The notes under the pieces were generated by a model. The model worked only from the letters and a program-made list of their open reading frames with translations. It ran no database searches and had not been told where the DNA came from. A stretch of DNA of 64,000 nt from Giardia intestinalis (taxonomy: Eukaryota). The stretch is from the NCBI GenBank assembly GCA_000002435.2, contig CM018791.1; one strand, 5' to 3'. Made by a program: the position numbers and the translations under genes. Positions 30,384 to 40,600 of this stretch are shown one piece after another (the first letter of the stretch is position 1; every line of letters begins with the position of its first letter).

Positions 30384-33300
30384 TTAGTTATTCTGTGTGA
30401 ACTCGTTCTTTGCAACCTCTGATTTGGCATACTCAGCCGCACTTCGGCCCTTTTTATCGCGTAAATCCTGTTCGTATGGGAGCAACAAGCGGATGGCATT
30501 GATGTGTCCCTTGTTTGCTGCGACCATCAATGCAGTGTATCCCAATCCCGAACCATCTTCTTTTATTGCTTTTCTTCCAGACTCGTGAGGAGCAAGAGCT
30601 TTCAAACAATCCAGACTGTTGTGTGCGGCTGCATACATAAGCGCAGTCTTTCCATCATTGCTCTGCATCCCAGCCTCGCTAGGTAGCAAGCATAAAGCGG
30701 CGTCTACCTGATTGTTGGCAGCAGCTATCATTAGGGCTGTGCGACCGGATGTATCGCGCATTTGGCACTCATGAGTACACAGAAGCTTAACTAGTGATAT
30801 GTTCCCCGCGTCTGCTGCAAGCATTAGAGAAGTACGCCCAGTTGCATCTGTCATACGCTTCTGATAGGGGAGGAGAGACCACACCTTGACTATGTCTCCG
30901 TCCGATGCCGCGTTAAGTATTTCAGGTGGCCTATTCTCTCCTTCCATACCCTGATAGGATGTGCCAGTAATACGTACCCCTTCATCATCTGTTAATAGCT
31001 CGGCAAGCTTAAGTTCGCCTAAGCGAAGACACCTGAGCAATGCACTATCTCCATTGGAACAAACATGCCCGGCTTCTAGGCCAATCAGCATATGAATTAT
31101 TTCTTCGTTACGGGTAGGTATTGCCAGCATTAATGCTGTTTCGCCTTTATTGTTTATTTGCCGAGCATAGTGGAGAAGCCCACGCACAGCAGTGATATTT
31201 TCTGCCAAGACTGCGTTCATCAAAGGAGTATTGTTATCGTGATTGAGGTAAAAGTAGTCTGCATTTTCTTGTCTGATGAAACTCTCTGTGATGAGATGGG
31301 AATCAGGAGAATGAGGTCTGCGACCGACAACCGGTAATGATGTGGGTTCAATCGCATCATTTTCTAATTCCTGAGATATAATTTCGCAAAGAAATGGCGC
31401 ATCCTGGACAGATCTATCCGTTACAGAAGGAATCAAATCGAGAAGCGGCTTGAGAGAAGTTTGGAGCACAGTTGAACACTCAGACATCTTAAGAAGGTTT
31501 TTACTGATAAGTAGTTTTGCAAGTTCAGCACTTAAGGAAGAGGCGTCCGGGATTACTGCAGAGTTAAATGCGAGGCTGGCTCTAAAGGATACAGACGGAT
31601 CAGAAACTAACAAATGGAGCATATATTCATAGGCCAATTGCCTATACTCCAGTTTTATCAAAGATGTGCTAAGATCATTGCTTTTGGCTAGCTGTTTCTC
31701 TAATTCTCTATTCTTTTCAAGTTGTCGTTGTAAGTCCTCACCAAGAGTCTTAATTTTCTCCTCTAATTTTGAACAAATTGTATTATCGGTGTTTGACAAT
31801 TGCACTATAAGTGCCTCTCGCTCAGCAAGCTCATCGGATAGCTTATTTATCAGTGAAGTCTTGTCTTTCAGATCGCTTAGCAGAGCTTCGGTTTGATGAG
31901 CAAGTGATGGGTGATCTGAATGCTGAGAGGCGAGCAAGCTATGGGTATCGGAAAACGTTTCAAAGGAAGGAACAATGCCATCGCTAGTTTCTTCTGATCG
32001 CGAATCTCCTGTGGGGCTTAATACATGCGCTGATGGAGCTCGTGGCAAAGGTGCCACGACCTCTGGTATCCCATTCATATGCGTTTCGCTTGACGATTGG
32101 TAAGTACGTGCTTGGAGTTGGGGGTGCTCAAAATTGGCATGAGGATCACTCGCACTGCTATGATCGCTTAATTTGCTTTGAGAGCTGGAGCTAAGGACTC
32201 CGGGTAAGAGCTTATTTTCTGCGCGCTTCATCAGGTCGTAAAGCCTTTCTATGTGATGCATAACGTCTCCCTCAAGATTTCCATCTGTAAGATGGTTTGG
32301 TACAGTCTCCACGTCATATGAACTAGTAACACTATCTGCATCAGATGTGATTGTTTCGGACTGTATAAAAATGCGCTTCGCCAGTTTTACCAAGGATTTC
32401 ATCTTTAGTTCTACTGTAATAAGGTATGCCTCCATATTGGTTAGCGTCTTTTCATAGAACGCTTGCTTGTATCTATCAAGGGCTATGAAGTCTTCAAGAA
32501 CAGAATGAGCTGGTTGGTTGGCAAGAGTTATAACGGATGAGACGGCTTCTTTTATGATTGTTTTCTCTGGCATTTTGGTTCCCTCAGAGTCCAGTTCTGG
32601 AGCTTCACTGATCGTAGTAATTGCCCTAGGAGGTTTCTTTACGTGTTGCATCCTTTCCTTCAGGTGTTCTATCTTCGACTTCAGCGCAGAAGCGGACACA
32701 GAAGTGTGCTCTCTGGTAAGGGAATCGGTGAACGACCCTGAATCCATATTATCAATTGCCTGATTGATAACATTCTCTGTTGCTACAGGGTCGTAGTTAA
32801 TTCCCGACAACACGCTGATAGATAATCTGCGCTCTTTGGGCTTAGAAGTGGGTTGATATGACCTTGCCCGTCCGTCAAAAAGCCCAGGAGACATGGTCTT
32901 TCTGAGGGATTCAGCCAGGCGAAAAGATTGAGGGTCTCCCAGTACAGAATTAGCAAGAAGGTCTGTAGCTGGCGATCCATGAACAAATGACTTTGCCAAG
33001 CGATCTGTTTCATACTTTTCAAGAATGGAACGCAAATCCACGACTTCCTGCTGTAAAATACCAATATCTGACTCATCGGCTTGTCTTGACTGTGTAGTAG
33101 TATAATTGGGCTCTTCTGAACATGACTTTTTTCTTCTCATTTGGGTAGTAAACGCATCTGGATCTTTTTGGCGTGAAAACCGCAGAGGAGAGTCCTGAGT
33201 CCTTTGCAAAGTCTTTCCTTTGGCAGCACGTTCCCGAACGCTGTCGAGAAACTCTATTATTGAGTTGGACTCAACAGACTTAAGGTCATCTGGAGGAACG

Positions 33301-34406
33301 CGTGCGGTAGAATTAGGTCGAGATCCCGGAATAGAGATGTCAGAAATACTGTCATCCATATCACTTAATTGATAATTGTTCCTTTGAGGACAATTAAAAT
33401 CATCAACGTAGTAATCAGCTAAGTTATCCAAAAGACTTGAATTCTTTACCTCAACCGGATTATCAATTGATTTGGAAAGATTAGCCTTCAAGCACCGTAT
33501 CTCTGCTTCGCGAAGGCGAACTGCAGACATATCTAATTCATAGTCACCCAGCTCAGGGGATATGACAAGGAGCCCTTCACGCATCTGGGCAATCCGTGTT
33601 TCAAGGGCGCAGATCTTGTTGCTTTGCCTTAGGATGCAGTGTTTGAGTTCAGTAACAGTAGTATCTAATGGCAAGGCATCTGAGTTAGTTGGGGTAGTTG
33701 ATGAGATATCAGGACGCTGCAACTTGAGCCAATCGGCTGTGGCTTTAAGAGAAGCGTTTTCAGCTTGAAGACGTACAAGTACTGCGGCTTGATTGACAAA
33801 TTTGCTCAAGATTTCAACCAGTTCGTCATCCTTTTGTCTCTTGCTATACTTTAAACGCAGTGCATTTGTGATAACACGGATTGTTTCGGAGTATTCACCG
33901 GCACTAGCGGATAGTAACGACTTTTCTATCTCTGCTATGGTGAAGCGGTTGGTCGATAGTAAGGCTAGAGCACACTTCGAATAGTTTCTCTGAACGGCGT
34001 AATCCAAAGCAGTAAGCCCATCCACATCAGCCAAGGACGCATCAATATGCTTTGTGAGCACCCGTACTGAAGCCAGTGCACCATGCTTTGCTGCGACAAT
34101 CAGAGCGTTGGAGCCGTGTGGTAGCTTGTGTTCGGCTTCAAAACACACCAAGGCTTCGCACACCAAGGCGCTGTTAGCGGCTGCAGCTAATGATAAGGCT
34201 GAGTATCCTTCTGGAGAAAGGTGTCCGGATTCAATGCTTGCCAGGAGCTTAACACAGTCCAAATTTCCAGATCGAACTGCTACCATTAAGCCCGTCTCTC
34301 CGTTGTCCGTGACCGTCCCAGAATGCGTATCAATAAGTTCTCTGACTTTCTGGACATCCCCCTTGCTTATTGCAGTGAACCAAGTGTCTGAGCCGTCACT
34401 GGACAT
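30384..34406 (-). CDS. Ankyrin-repeat plus coiled-coil protein (Giardia 'Protein 21.1' family)
   Basis: Track ORF 30384..34532. I propose the internal start M43 at nt 34406 (MSSDGSDTWFTAISKGDVQKV...). It matches the M..WF.AA..G start seen in the neighbouring paralogues and is preceded by taacaaaaaagagt on the coding strand. Ankyrin-like repeats (GETGLMVAV, GRTSLMLAADAGN, GRTALMIAAANN, GKTALMYAAAHN) flank a central coiled coil. Confidence 0.8.
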   Translation of the reverse strand: MSSDGSDTWFTAISKGDVQKVRELIDTHSGTVTDNGETGLMVAVRSGNLDCVKLLASIESGHLSPEGYSALSLAAAANSALVCEALVCFEAEHKLPHGSNALIVAAKHGALASVRVLTKHIDASLADVDGLTALDYAVQRNYSKCALALLSTNRFTIAEIEKSLLSASAGEYSETIRVITNALRLKYSKRQKDDELVEILSKFVNQAAVLVRLQAENASLKATADWLKLQRPDISSTTPTNSDALPLDTTVTELKHCILRQSNKICALETRIAQMREGLLVISPELGDYELDMSAVRLREAEIRCLKANLSKSIDNPVEVKNSSLLDNLADYYVDDFNCPQRNNYQLSDMDDSISDISIPGSRPNSTARVPPDDLKSVESNSIIEFLDSVRERAAKGKTLQRTQDSPLRFSRQKDPDAFTTQMRRKKSCSEEPNYTTTQSRQADESDIGILQQEVVDLRSILEKYETDRLAKSFVHGSPATDLLANSVLGDPQSFRLAESLRKTMSPGLFDGRARSYQPTSKPKERRLSISVLSGINYDPVATENVINQAIDNMDSGSFTDSLTREHTSVSASALKSKIEHLKERMQHVKKPPRAITTISEAPELDSEGTKMPEKTIIKEAVSSVITLANQPAHSVLEDFIALDRYKQAFYEKTLTNMEAYLITVELKMKSLVKLAKRIFIQSETITSDADSVTSSYDVETVPNHLTDGNLEGDVMHHIERLYDLMKRAENKLLPGVLSSSSQSKLSDHSSASDPHANFEHPQLQARTYQSSSETHMNGIPEVVAPLPRAPSAHVLSPTGDSRSEETSDGIVPSFETFSDTHSLLASQHSDHPSLAHQTEALLSDLKDKTSLINKLSDELAEREALIVQLSNTDNTICSKLEEKIKTLGEDLQRQLEKNRELEKQLAKSNDLSTSLIKLEYRQLAYEYMLHLLVSDPSVSFRASLAFNSAVIPDASSLSAELAKLLISKNLLKMSECSTVLQTSLKPLLDLIPSVTDRSVQDAPFLCEIISQELENDAIEPTSLPVVGRRPHSPDSHLITESFIRQENADYFYLNHDNNTPLMNAVLAENITAVRGLLHYARQINNKGETALMLAIPTRNEEIIHMLIGLEAGHVCSNGDSALLRCLRLGELKLAELLTDDEGVRITGTSYQGMEGENRPPEILNAASDGDIVKVWSLLPYQKRMTDATGRTSLMLAADAGNISLVKLLCTHECQMRDTSGRTALMIAAANNQVDAALCLLPSEAGMQSNDGKTALMYAAAHNSLDCLKALAPHESGRKAIKEDGSGLGYTALMVAANKGHINAIRLLLPYEQDLRDKKGRSAAEYAKSEVAKNEFTQNN

Positions 34407-34440
34407 ACTCTTTTTTGTTACACCCTTATCTGTACAAAGG
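34407..34440 (-). promoter_or_regulatory. A-tract initiator-like region upstream of the proposed ATG (34406) of the minus-strand 21.1 gene, inside the divergent spacer with the gene at 34554
   Basis: The coding-strand sequence is gggtgtaacaaaaaagagt followed by ATG. The two divergent starts are about 148 bp apart. Confidence 0.35.
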
Positions 34441-34553
34441 ACTCTAAAATTGAGAGAGGAAGACACCAATTCATAAGGTAGAAGTGAGCATAAAGAAATC
34501 GGTTCAGAATCAGTATCCCCAAATGCGCGCAATTGTGCCTCTTTTAACTTTAA

Positions 34554-37500
34554 ATGGACGACCTGGAAACTTGGTTTGGGGCTGCACGGTCAGGTGACGT
34601 TTCCTTACTAGCTTCATATGCTCTCGCATATGCTAGAACAACCTCTGCTCTTGGGAGGACTGCCCTTATGCTTGCTGCAGAGAATAACCATGCAGACGCC
34701 TGTACCATTCTAATGGACCTGGAAGGCGGAACTCTGGATAACGATGGGCATAGTGCCCTCTTCTATGCAGCACAGGCTGGAGCACACAAGGCCTGCTCCG
34801 TCCTTTTGCAAAATGACCAAGAACGTGGTGCAGAATCTCCCTTCTCTTTTTATACTGCGGCTCTGGCCTCTCGTTCACAAGAGATACTTGTAGACCTTCT
34901 AAATACTTTCCCACTAGACCAGGGCCCCGGTAATATTGCAGTTTTATCCGTTGCAGCTAGTAATGGCTCTATTGAACTCGTTAGGTTGCTGCTGGATTCA
35001 GGCCATGTGAAATTTCGAGAAATATGTCAGGCACTCTGTTACGTGAAGGAGCCTACCGATGCCGTTGCAGCCCTTCTTCGAGAGCACCTCCGAGCTTTCC
35101 ATGATATCGTCAATAGTTCACATCCCAAAGAGGATTACTTTACTGAGTTCTTTACCGAGTTGCAGGAAGAAGTTTATGCAGTAACAAAGCTGTTGATAAA
35201 TGCAGGACTTATAAAGTTATCGACGCAGGACCGTTTTGCTGCGACAGACTCATCTGCATGCTCTCTGGGAGTTTCTCATGGGGCCATAAAAAAGGCCCAG
35301 CCGCCGCTGATCTCTCAATTATCATATCTCGGTGTTGTTAAGGATGCAATAGCTAATGCAGAAGCCAAGTATGCTGCTCTCAAGAGCGCCATGGATCAGG
35401 CAATGCACGATGCTCCAGAGTATCAAGGTCAATATGAGGCTTTTATGGTTGATTTGTGGCGCTTGGTGCATCTGCAGGATAACCATTTGACAAACATTCA
35501 AGCGAATACGTCCCATGTATGCGAGGTGTGCGGAATATATGATGCAGAGTTTCATAAGCTTCGCTGTGAAAACTTGCAATTGCTCCATGAGATTGTTAAG
35601 CTGAAGAAAGAGATTTACAAGAAGGATAAACAGATACTCGACTTGACTACAGAGAGGGAGAACGCTAAGAGCTCTGTAGACAGCGAACTAGACGCAATTG
35701 TCACTAGAGTCTTTAGCGATATTGCTGACTTTAGGGATAAGTTAGCCTATCTCAAGGCAGTAAGTTTAGCAAAGGACGAGATCATTGAAGAGATGCGGGT
35801 GGAGCTTGATAAAGTCAAGATAGGGACGTTATTGTACCCCAAGCCAATCACCAGCATTGAGCAGGAGAGAGAGGACATCTGCTTGGGTCTTTCTCCGACC
35901 ATACAGAACAAGGCAGTGCTGAGCCCGCAGCAGGGACCAGGCCAGCATTCTATTATGAGGGCTCCCCTAATATCACGGGTCGTAGAAACAGATGAAGCAT
36001 CTACCTCTACGCAGGCTGCACTAGAGCTGAAGATTCAGGAGCAGGATGCTACCATAAGCAACTTGAATGCAGAGCTGAATACCATACTTGAGGCGTTCAA
36101 TGCTGCCAAGCACCTGTCCACAGACAAGCTGAAGAAAGTCACTGCTAACGTCGATTTACTCATCGGCGAAATCAATCGGATTGCAAAGCTCTTTGATATC
36201 AAAAGTCCTGACGGTTCTGTGAACACTCTTCCCAGCGCAATTGTTAGTCATGTGGTTAGCCTACAATCTCAATTAAGCAAGGAAAAAGATGATAACAAGC
36301 GCTGCAGGGAGCTTTTGAAGCAGCAAGACAATGATATCCAGTATTTGATGAGTAAGATCACTTCCAGTGGCCGGAAAGATGCTGACTTATCATCAATTAT
36401 TGCAAAGTATGAATTGCTGGCAGAAAAAATTGAGACAACTAATCAGCTCGTTGAGTCTCTTTCTCGTGAGGGCTCTCCTGTAATATGCAGGGCCACGAGT
36501 CCTCTCCGAATAAGCCGCTCTCTTACTCCTGCTGTCTACTCTGCCACGATGTCTCCAGGAACAACGGGGGCAGAAAACTTATGCTCGTCTCCTAGCGGCA
36601 ATCAAACCATTCACGCCGAGGCCGAGATCGAGAAGCTCAGAGAGACAATTTCGGAACTAACGCAACTCTTAGTCAACAAGGACGAGAAGATCAAAAGCCT
36701 GTTAGAGTCGATATCACTTCTTCAAGCAGAGCTTATTACAGACGACTTTAGTAAGGATCGGCCCGGTATTGCACATCCCTCTGGGGCGGTTGCAAATCTC
36801 ACACGGTCTCGGTTAGAAGCAGCAACATCCTCAACGGCAGAATATCAATCTGTAATACGTACCTTGACAGAAGACCGTGATAACCTTCGTGAGCAACTTC
36901 ACCTCACCGTGGCCGAAAACAAGGAGCTCCAGATGATGAACTTCTCCTTGCAGAACTCCCTCAGCCGAACGAAATCTATTCTAGAAAAGAGCAGTGTTCT
37001 GGTGGAGAGCCTAGCAGGTAGCAACTCTCCGAGGAAGGAGCCTCGTGCTCAGAGGAGCCCCCTTCACGAGGCCACCATGCACAACGACATTGAGAGGGTG
37101 AAGGAGCTAATTGCACATGCAGGAGAAGTGGATGAACGAGGAAATACATCACTGATGGCTGCATCCAGGCTGGGGTATTTCGAAATAGCGTCGGTCTTAG
37201 TATCCCATGAGTCTAGGTATAGAAACCAGTTTGGAGACACCGCGCTGATGTTTGCCGCCGTCTCAGGCCACTGCTCTATCGTGGAGCTATTGGTGCCGTA
37301 CGAAGCAACAATCCAAAACGAATCGGGACTCACAGCACTGATGCTTGCAGCAGAGGCCGGACATATAGGCTGCGTGCAGCTGCTCATTGGGTTTGAAGTG
37401 AGATTGGTGAACAAGCAGTACGAGACTGCACTTGTGCTAGCAGCTGCAAATGATCGCCCAGAGTGCGTACGTGTTCTAGCTGAGTATGAATCTGGGCACA

Positions 37501-37682
37501 GATGCATTTCTGTAGATGAGAAGGATGGCACTGGAGAAACCGCACTGATGCGTGCTTGCAAAGCTGGTGCCAAAGAGTGTGTAGAAATTCTCATAGGATG
37601 GGAGCACGACATTCCAGATAAAGCCGGGAATATGCCTGTTCACTATGCCTCAGATCCTTGCATTCTTTCCTATTTTGACTAG
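34554..37682 (+). CDS. Ankyrin-repeat plus coiled-coil protein (Giardia 'Protein 21.1' family)
   Basis: 1,042 aa with an ATG start and an AT-rich upstream sequence (ctcttttaactttaa). The N-terminus is MDDLETWFGAARSGD...GRTALMLAAENNH. It has a long central coiled coil and C-terminal repeats (GNTSLMAASRLGY, GDTALMFAAVSGH, GLTALMLAAEAGH, GETALMRACKAGA). Confidence 0.8.
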   Translation: MDDLETWFGAARSGDVSLLASYALAYARTTSALGRTALMLAAENNHADACTILMDLEGGTLDNDGHSALFYAAQAGAHKACSVLLQNDQERGAESPFSFYTAALASRSQEILVDLLNTFPLDQGPGNIAVLSVAASNGSIELVRLLLDSGHVKFREICQALCYVKEPTDAVAALLREHLRAFHDIVNSSHPKEDYFTEFFTELQEEVYAVTKLLINAGLIKLSTQDRFAATDSSACSLGVSHGAIKKAQPPLISQLSYLGVVKDAIANAEAKYAALKSAMDQAMHDAPEYQGQYEAFMVDLWRLVHLQDNHLTNIQANTSHVCEVCGIYDAEFHKLRCENLQLLHEIVKLKKEIYKKDKQILDLTTERENAKSSVDSELDAIVTRVFSDIADFRDKLAYLKAVSLAKDEIIEEMRVELDKVKIGTLLYPKPITSIEQEREDICLGLSPTIQNKAVLSPQQGPGQHSIMRAPLISRVVETDEASTSTQAALELKIQEQDATISNLNAELNTILEAFNAAKHLSTDKLKKVTANVDLLIGEINRIAKLFDIKSPDGSVNTLPSAIVSHVVSLQSQLSKEKDDNKRCRELLKQQDNDIQYLMSKITSSGRKDADLSSIIAKYELLAEKIETTNQLVESLSREGSPVICRATSPLRISRSLTPAVYSATMSPGTTGAENLCSSPSGNQTIHAEAEIEKLRETISELTQLLVNKDEKIKSLLESISLLQAELITDDFSKDRPGIAHPSGAVANLTRSRLEAATSSTAEYQSVIRTLTEDRDNLREQLHLTVAENKELQMMNFSLQNSLSRTKSILEKSSVLVESLAGSNSPRKEPRAQRSPLHEATMHNDIERVKELIAHAGEVDERGNTSLMAASRLGYFEIASVLVSHESRYRNQFGDTALMFAAVSGHCSIVELLVPYEATIQNESGLTALMLAAEAGHIGCVQLLIGFEVRLVNKQYETALVLAAANDRPECVRVLAEYESGHRCISVDEKDGTGETALMRACKAGAKECVEILIGWEHDIPDKAGNMPVHYASDPCILSYFD

Positions 37683-37693
37683 TAACAGATGGA

Positions 37694-40600
37694 TCAGTGT
37701 AAATTGTTTCCGTCCTGGTCATTTGTATCCAGGATACCAGGGCAATCCTTAGCAGTGGCATCTGCTTGATCTTCAGTCAGCCGTGCGTAGATAAGAGGAA
37801 GACAGCGGCGCCTGATTGCATAAAGATGTTCTTCTGGTAAATCTTCATGCTCTAGCTCATTCTCACATAACGAGATAACGTCGTCTCCATTCACCTTTCG
37901 CATATAGACCTCCGAAAGCAACTGCGCAACACAATCGGATTGGCCAGCAAGGGCTGCAAACATCAGAGAGCTGGTTCCATCCAGCATGGCCATCTGTTGC
38001 TCATACGGCCGGAGATGCAAGAGGCAATCTACGTGCCCATCCTTAGCCGCTAGCATCAAGGCAGTGCAACCCTTTCTGGTCCGAATGCAGGACTCATGGG
38101 GAGCCAAGATCTCCACGATCTCTACATATCCATATGTAGCGGCATACATGAGTGCAGTGTACCCTTGGTAGGCCTTGAAGACCTGATCCAAGTGTTGGAC
38201 AACCCTTGATCTATCGTTTGCAAGAACTGCACTAATAAGTTCTGTTCTGGCAGAGGTAGAGATAGCGCGCTTTGGTATCTGCAGTGCTATGTTATTATCG
38301 ACAATGTACTCTACAAGGAGATCATAAATAGCAGATCTCTCGTAAACAGCAGCAAGTGATAGTGCCGTTTCACCGAGGTGAGTTTTAAGTGGAAGCTCGG
38401 CTAGAAGTTCGCGAACAAGGACCATATTGTTATCTATGACAGCATACATCAGGGCGCTGTATCCATTGCAGTCCTGCAAATAGAGCTCTTCAGCAATAAG
38501 GGTGCTGATTTGCTGAGCATTTGAGATTCGCCCCAGGCACATTAGAGCACTCACACCTCGATGATCGCAAAGTCTTGCTTCTTGCTCTACTAACAACGCT
38601 ATACAGTCTTCTTTGGCATAAGCAGACGCAAGCATAAGGGCTGTTCGGCCAGCAGTCGTTTTCATTTTGGTCTCAAAGGGCAGCAAAAGCTTAACAACCT
38701 CTGAGTGGCCACCGATAGCGGCGAGCATAAGGGCTGTATAACCCTCCTTGGTTTGGGCCCCTGCTTCCGGGAGGAGCAATCTGGCGCTTTCTAATAAACC
38801 CATATGAGCAGCTTGCATAAGTGCAGTTTCAGAGCCTGGAACATACACTCCTATTTCTGATAAAAGCAACTTAGTACAATCTAGATGATTCAGCCGTACA
38901 GACAGTTGAAGAGCAGTACAGATGACGTCCTTTCCTAATGCTGTTTTGCTGAGAGAGTATCCGTACCCCATGAACCCTAAGTTTGTCACGACATCGTCAA
39001 TTCTATTGGAGAGGACAGCTGCTAAAAGCGGTGTCCTACCACTTATCACTGGACTTCGCTGGGTAAGGGGAATGGAGATACAGTTCTCTGACATATAATT
39101 GGCAAGAGCTGCAACGCAGTTTGCATGACCTAATGAAACAGCCAGATCAATCACAGACTCATTCTTTCTTACAGAAATGCTAGCCTCATATGGAGCAAGA
39201 ATGGTAACTACTTCTGGAAGATCTAGTTCCACGGCAAGACCCAGAGCTGTCATGTACTGATTGTTCCGTAGAGACGCCTCTCGAGGAGCAAGAATATGAA
39301 TGCATCTGCTATAGCCAGATCTAACGGCAAGCATTAGTGCAGTTTCGCCGTTAGTATTCTGTAGCTTCTCTTCCTTATCTAGAAGGATTGTCATTACATC
39401 CAGTGAACATACCTCTGTGGCATACATGAGGGCCGTGCGTCCCAATCCATCTTGCATGCCTGCTTCTATAGGAGCTAGTAGCTTAACAATATCCGTAGCA
39501 CTTAGACTGGCGGCAATCATAGTCACTGTCTGCCCGTTATCATTGTGAAGTCCGGCTGACGCTATTATCATGTCGGTAGTAAATATTTCCTGACAGTGTT
39601 CCACTCCATATTTCAATAACACGTGGATAAGAGGAGAATTGCCACCTATTCCTGGAAAAAGTAGCTCTGAAGAAAGAGCATGGACACAGCCTGAGTGTCT
39701 ATTTGCAACTGCATGCAGAAAAGCTGTTCTCCCCATAGTATCCTGCATTCCATCTTCGTATGTGGCTAACAAAGAAACCAACTGCACATGCCCACACTGG
39801 CTTGCATGCATCAAGGCAGACATTCCTGCCTGATCGGTCAAGCGTGCCTCGTAAGGTAAAAGCTCCTTTGCAGCATCCAAAGAATTATGTCGTGCAGCCA
39901 TCATCAAAGCTGTAAAGCCATTACGCGTGTGCATCCTCATCTCCCTCATAATGAGCATCCGAATAGCAGCATGATTGTTAGAAACAGCTGCGTACATCAG
40001 AGCGGTACTACCATCTGTTGCCCGACAGCAGATATCGTGCTCATGAAGCTTGTTCGGCTGCTCAGCTAAAAGGCAAATTCGCATGAGCTCTGTTGCCTTC
40101 GATAGAAACGATTCGTACTTCCAAAGAATTTCGACTGCTCGCATGCTTTGCGCTTGCATGCCAAGCAACAACGCTGTTTCACCAACCGGAGTACTCATCC
40201 CTGCTTCCGGAAGCAAAAACTGGACGTATTGGGCAGAGTTCTTCTGTGCAGCCAACATCAGTGCGGTCCTTCCACAAGGAAGAACAGCATACAAGTCCTC
40301 TTCTGTTATTTCTGTATGTTCGCTTGCAGCTGTACCTATATTTCCCTCTACTAATAGCATAGTTTTTGTTTTCTGGTCCACATATTTGGGGCTGCCTGAT
40401 AGGCTCACAGCGCGTGGATAGCATTTGTGGTGCTTAAGGAGGTAGTCTGTCAACATCTGCCACGGCATTGTGTTGTGGAGAAGCAAGCAACTCCAGGCGA
40501 CGTCTAAAGCCATTAGAGTATTGTCAGACTTGAGAAGTAACTCATACGGAAGCAGTAGCTCAATAGCAGGTAGATCGTTGCAGCGAATAGCGATGCATAG

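Noticed and set aside
37064-37612. ORF 37064..37612 - (182 aa) antisense inside the 21.1 gene at 34554..37682. Similar antisense ORFs are 45712..46218 - and 47263..47721 - inside the next 21.1 gene.
   Set aside because: They are antisense to ankyrin-repeat coding sequence. The open antisense frame is a by-product of the repetitive, codon-biased repeat DNA.
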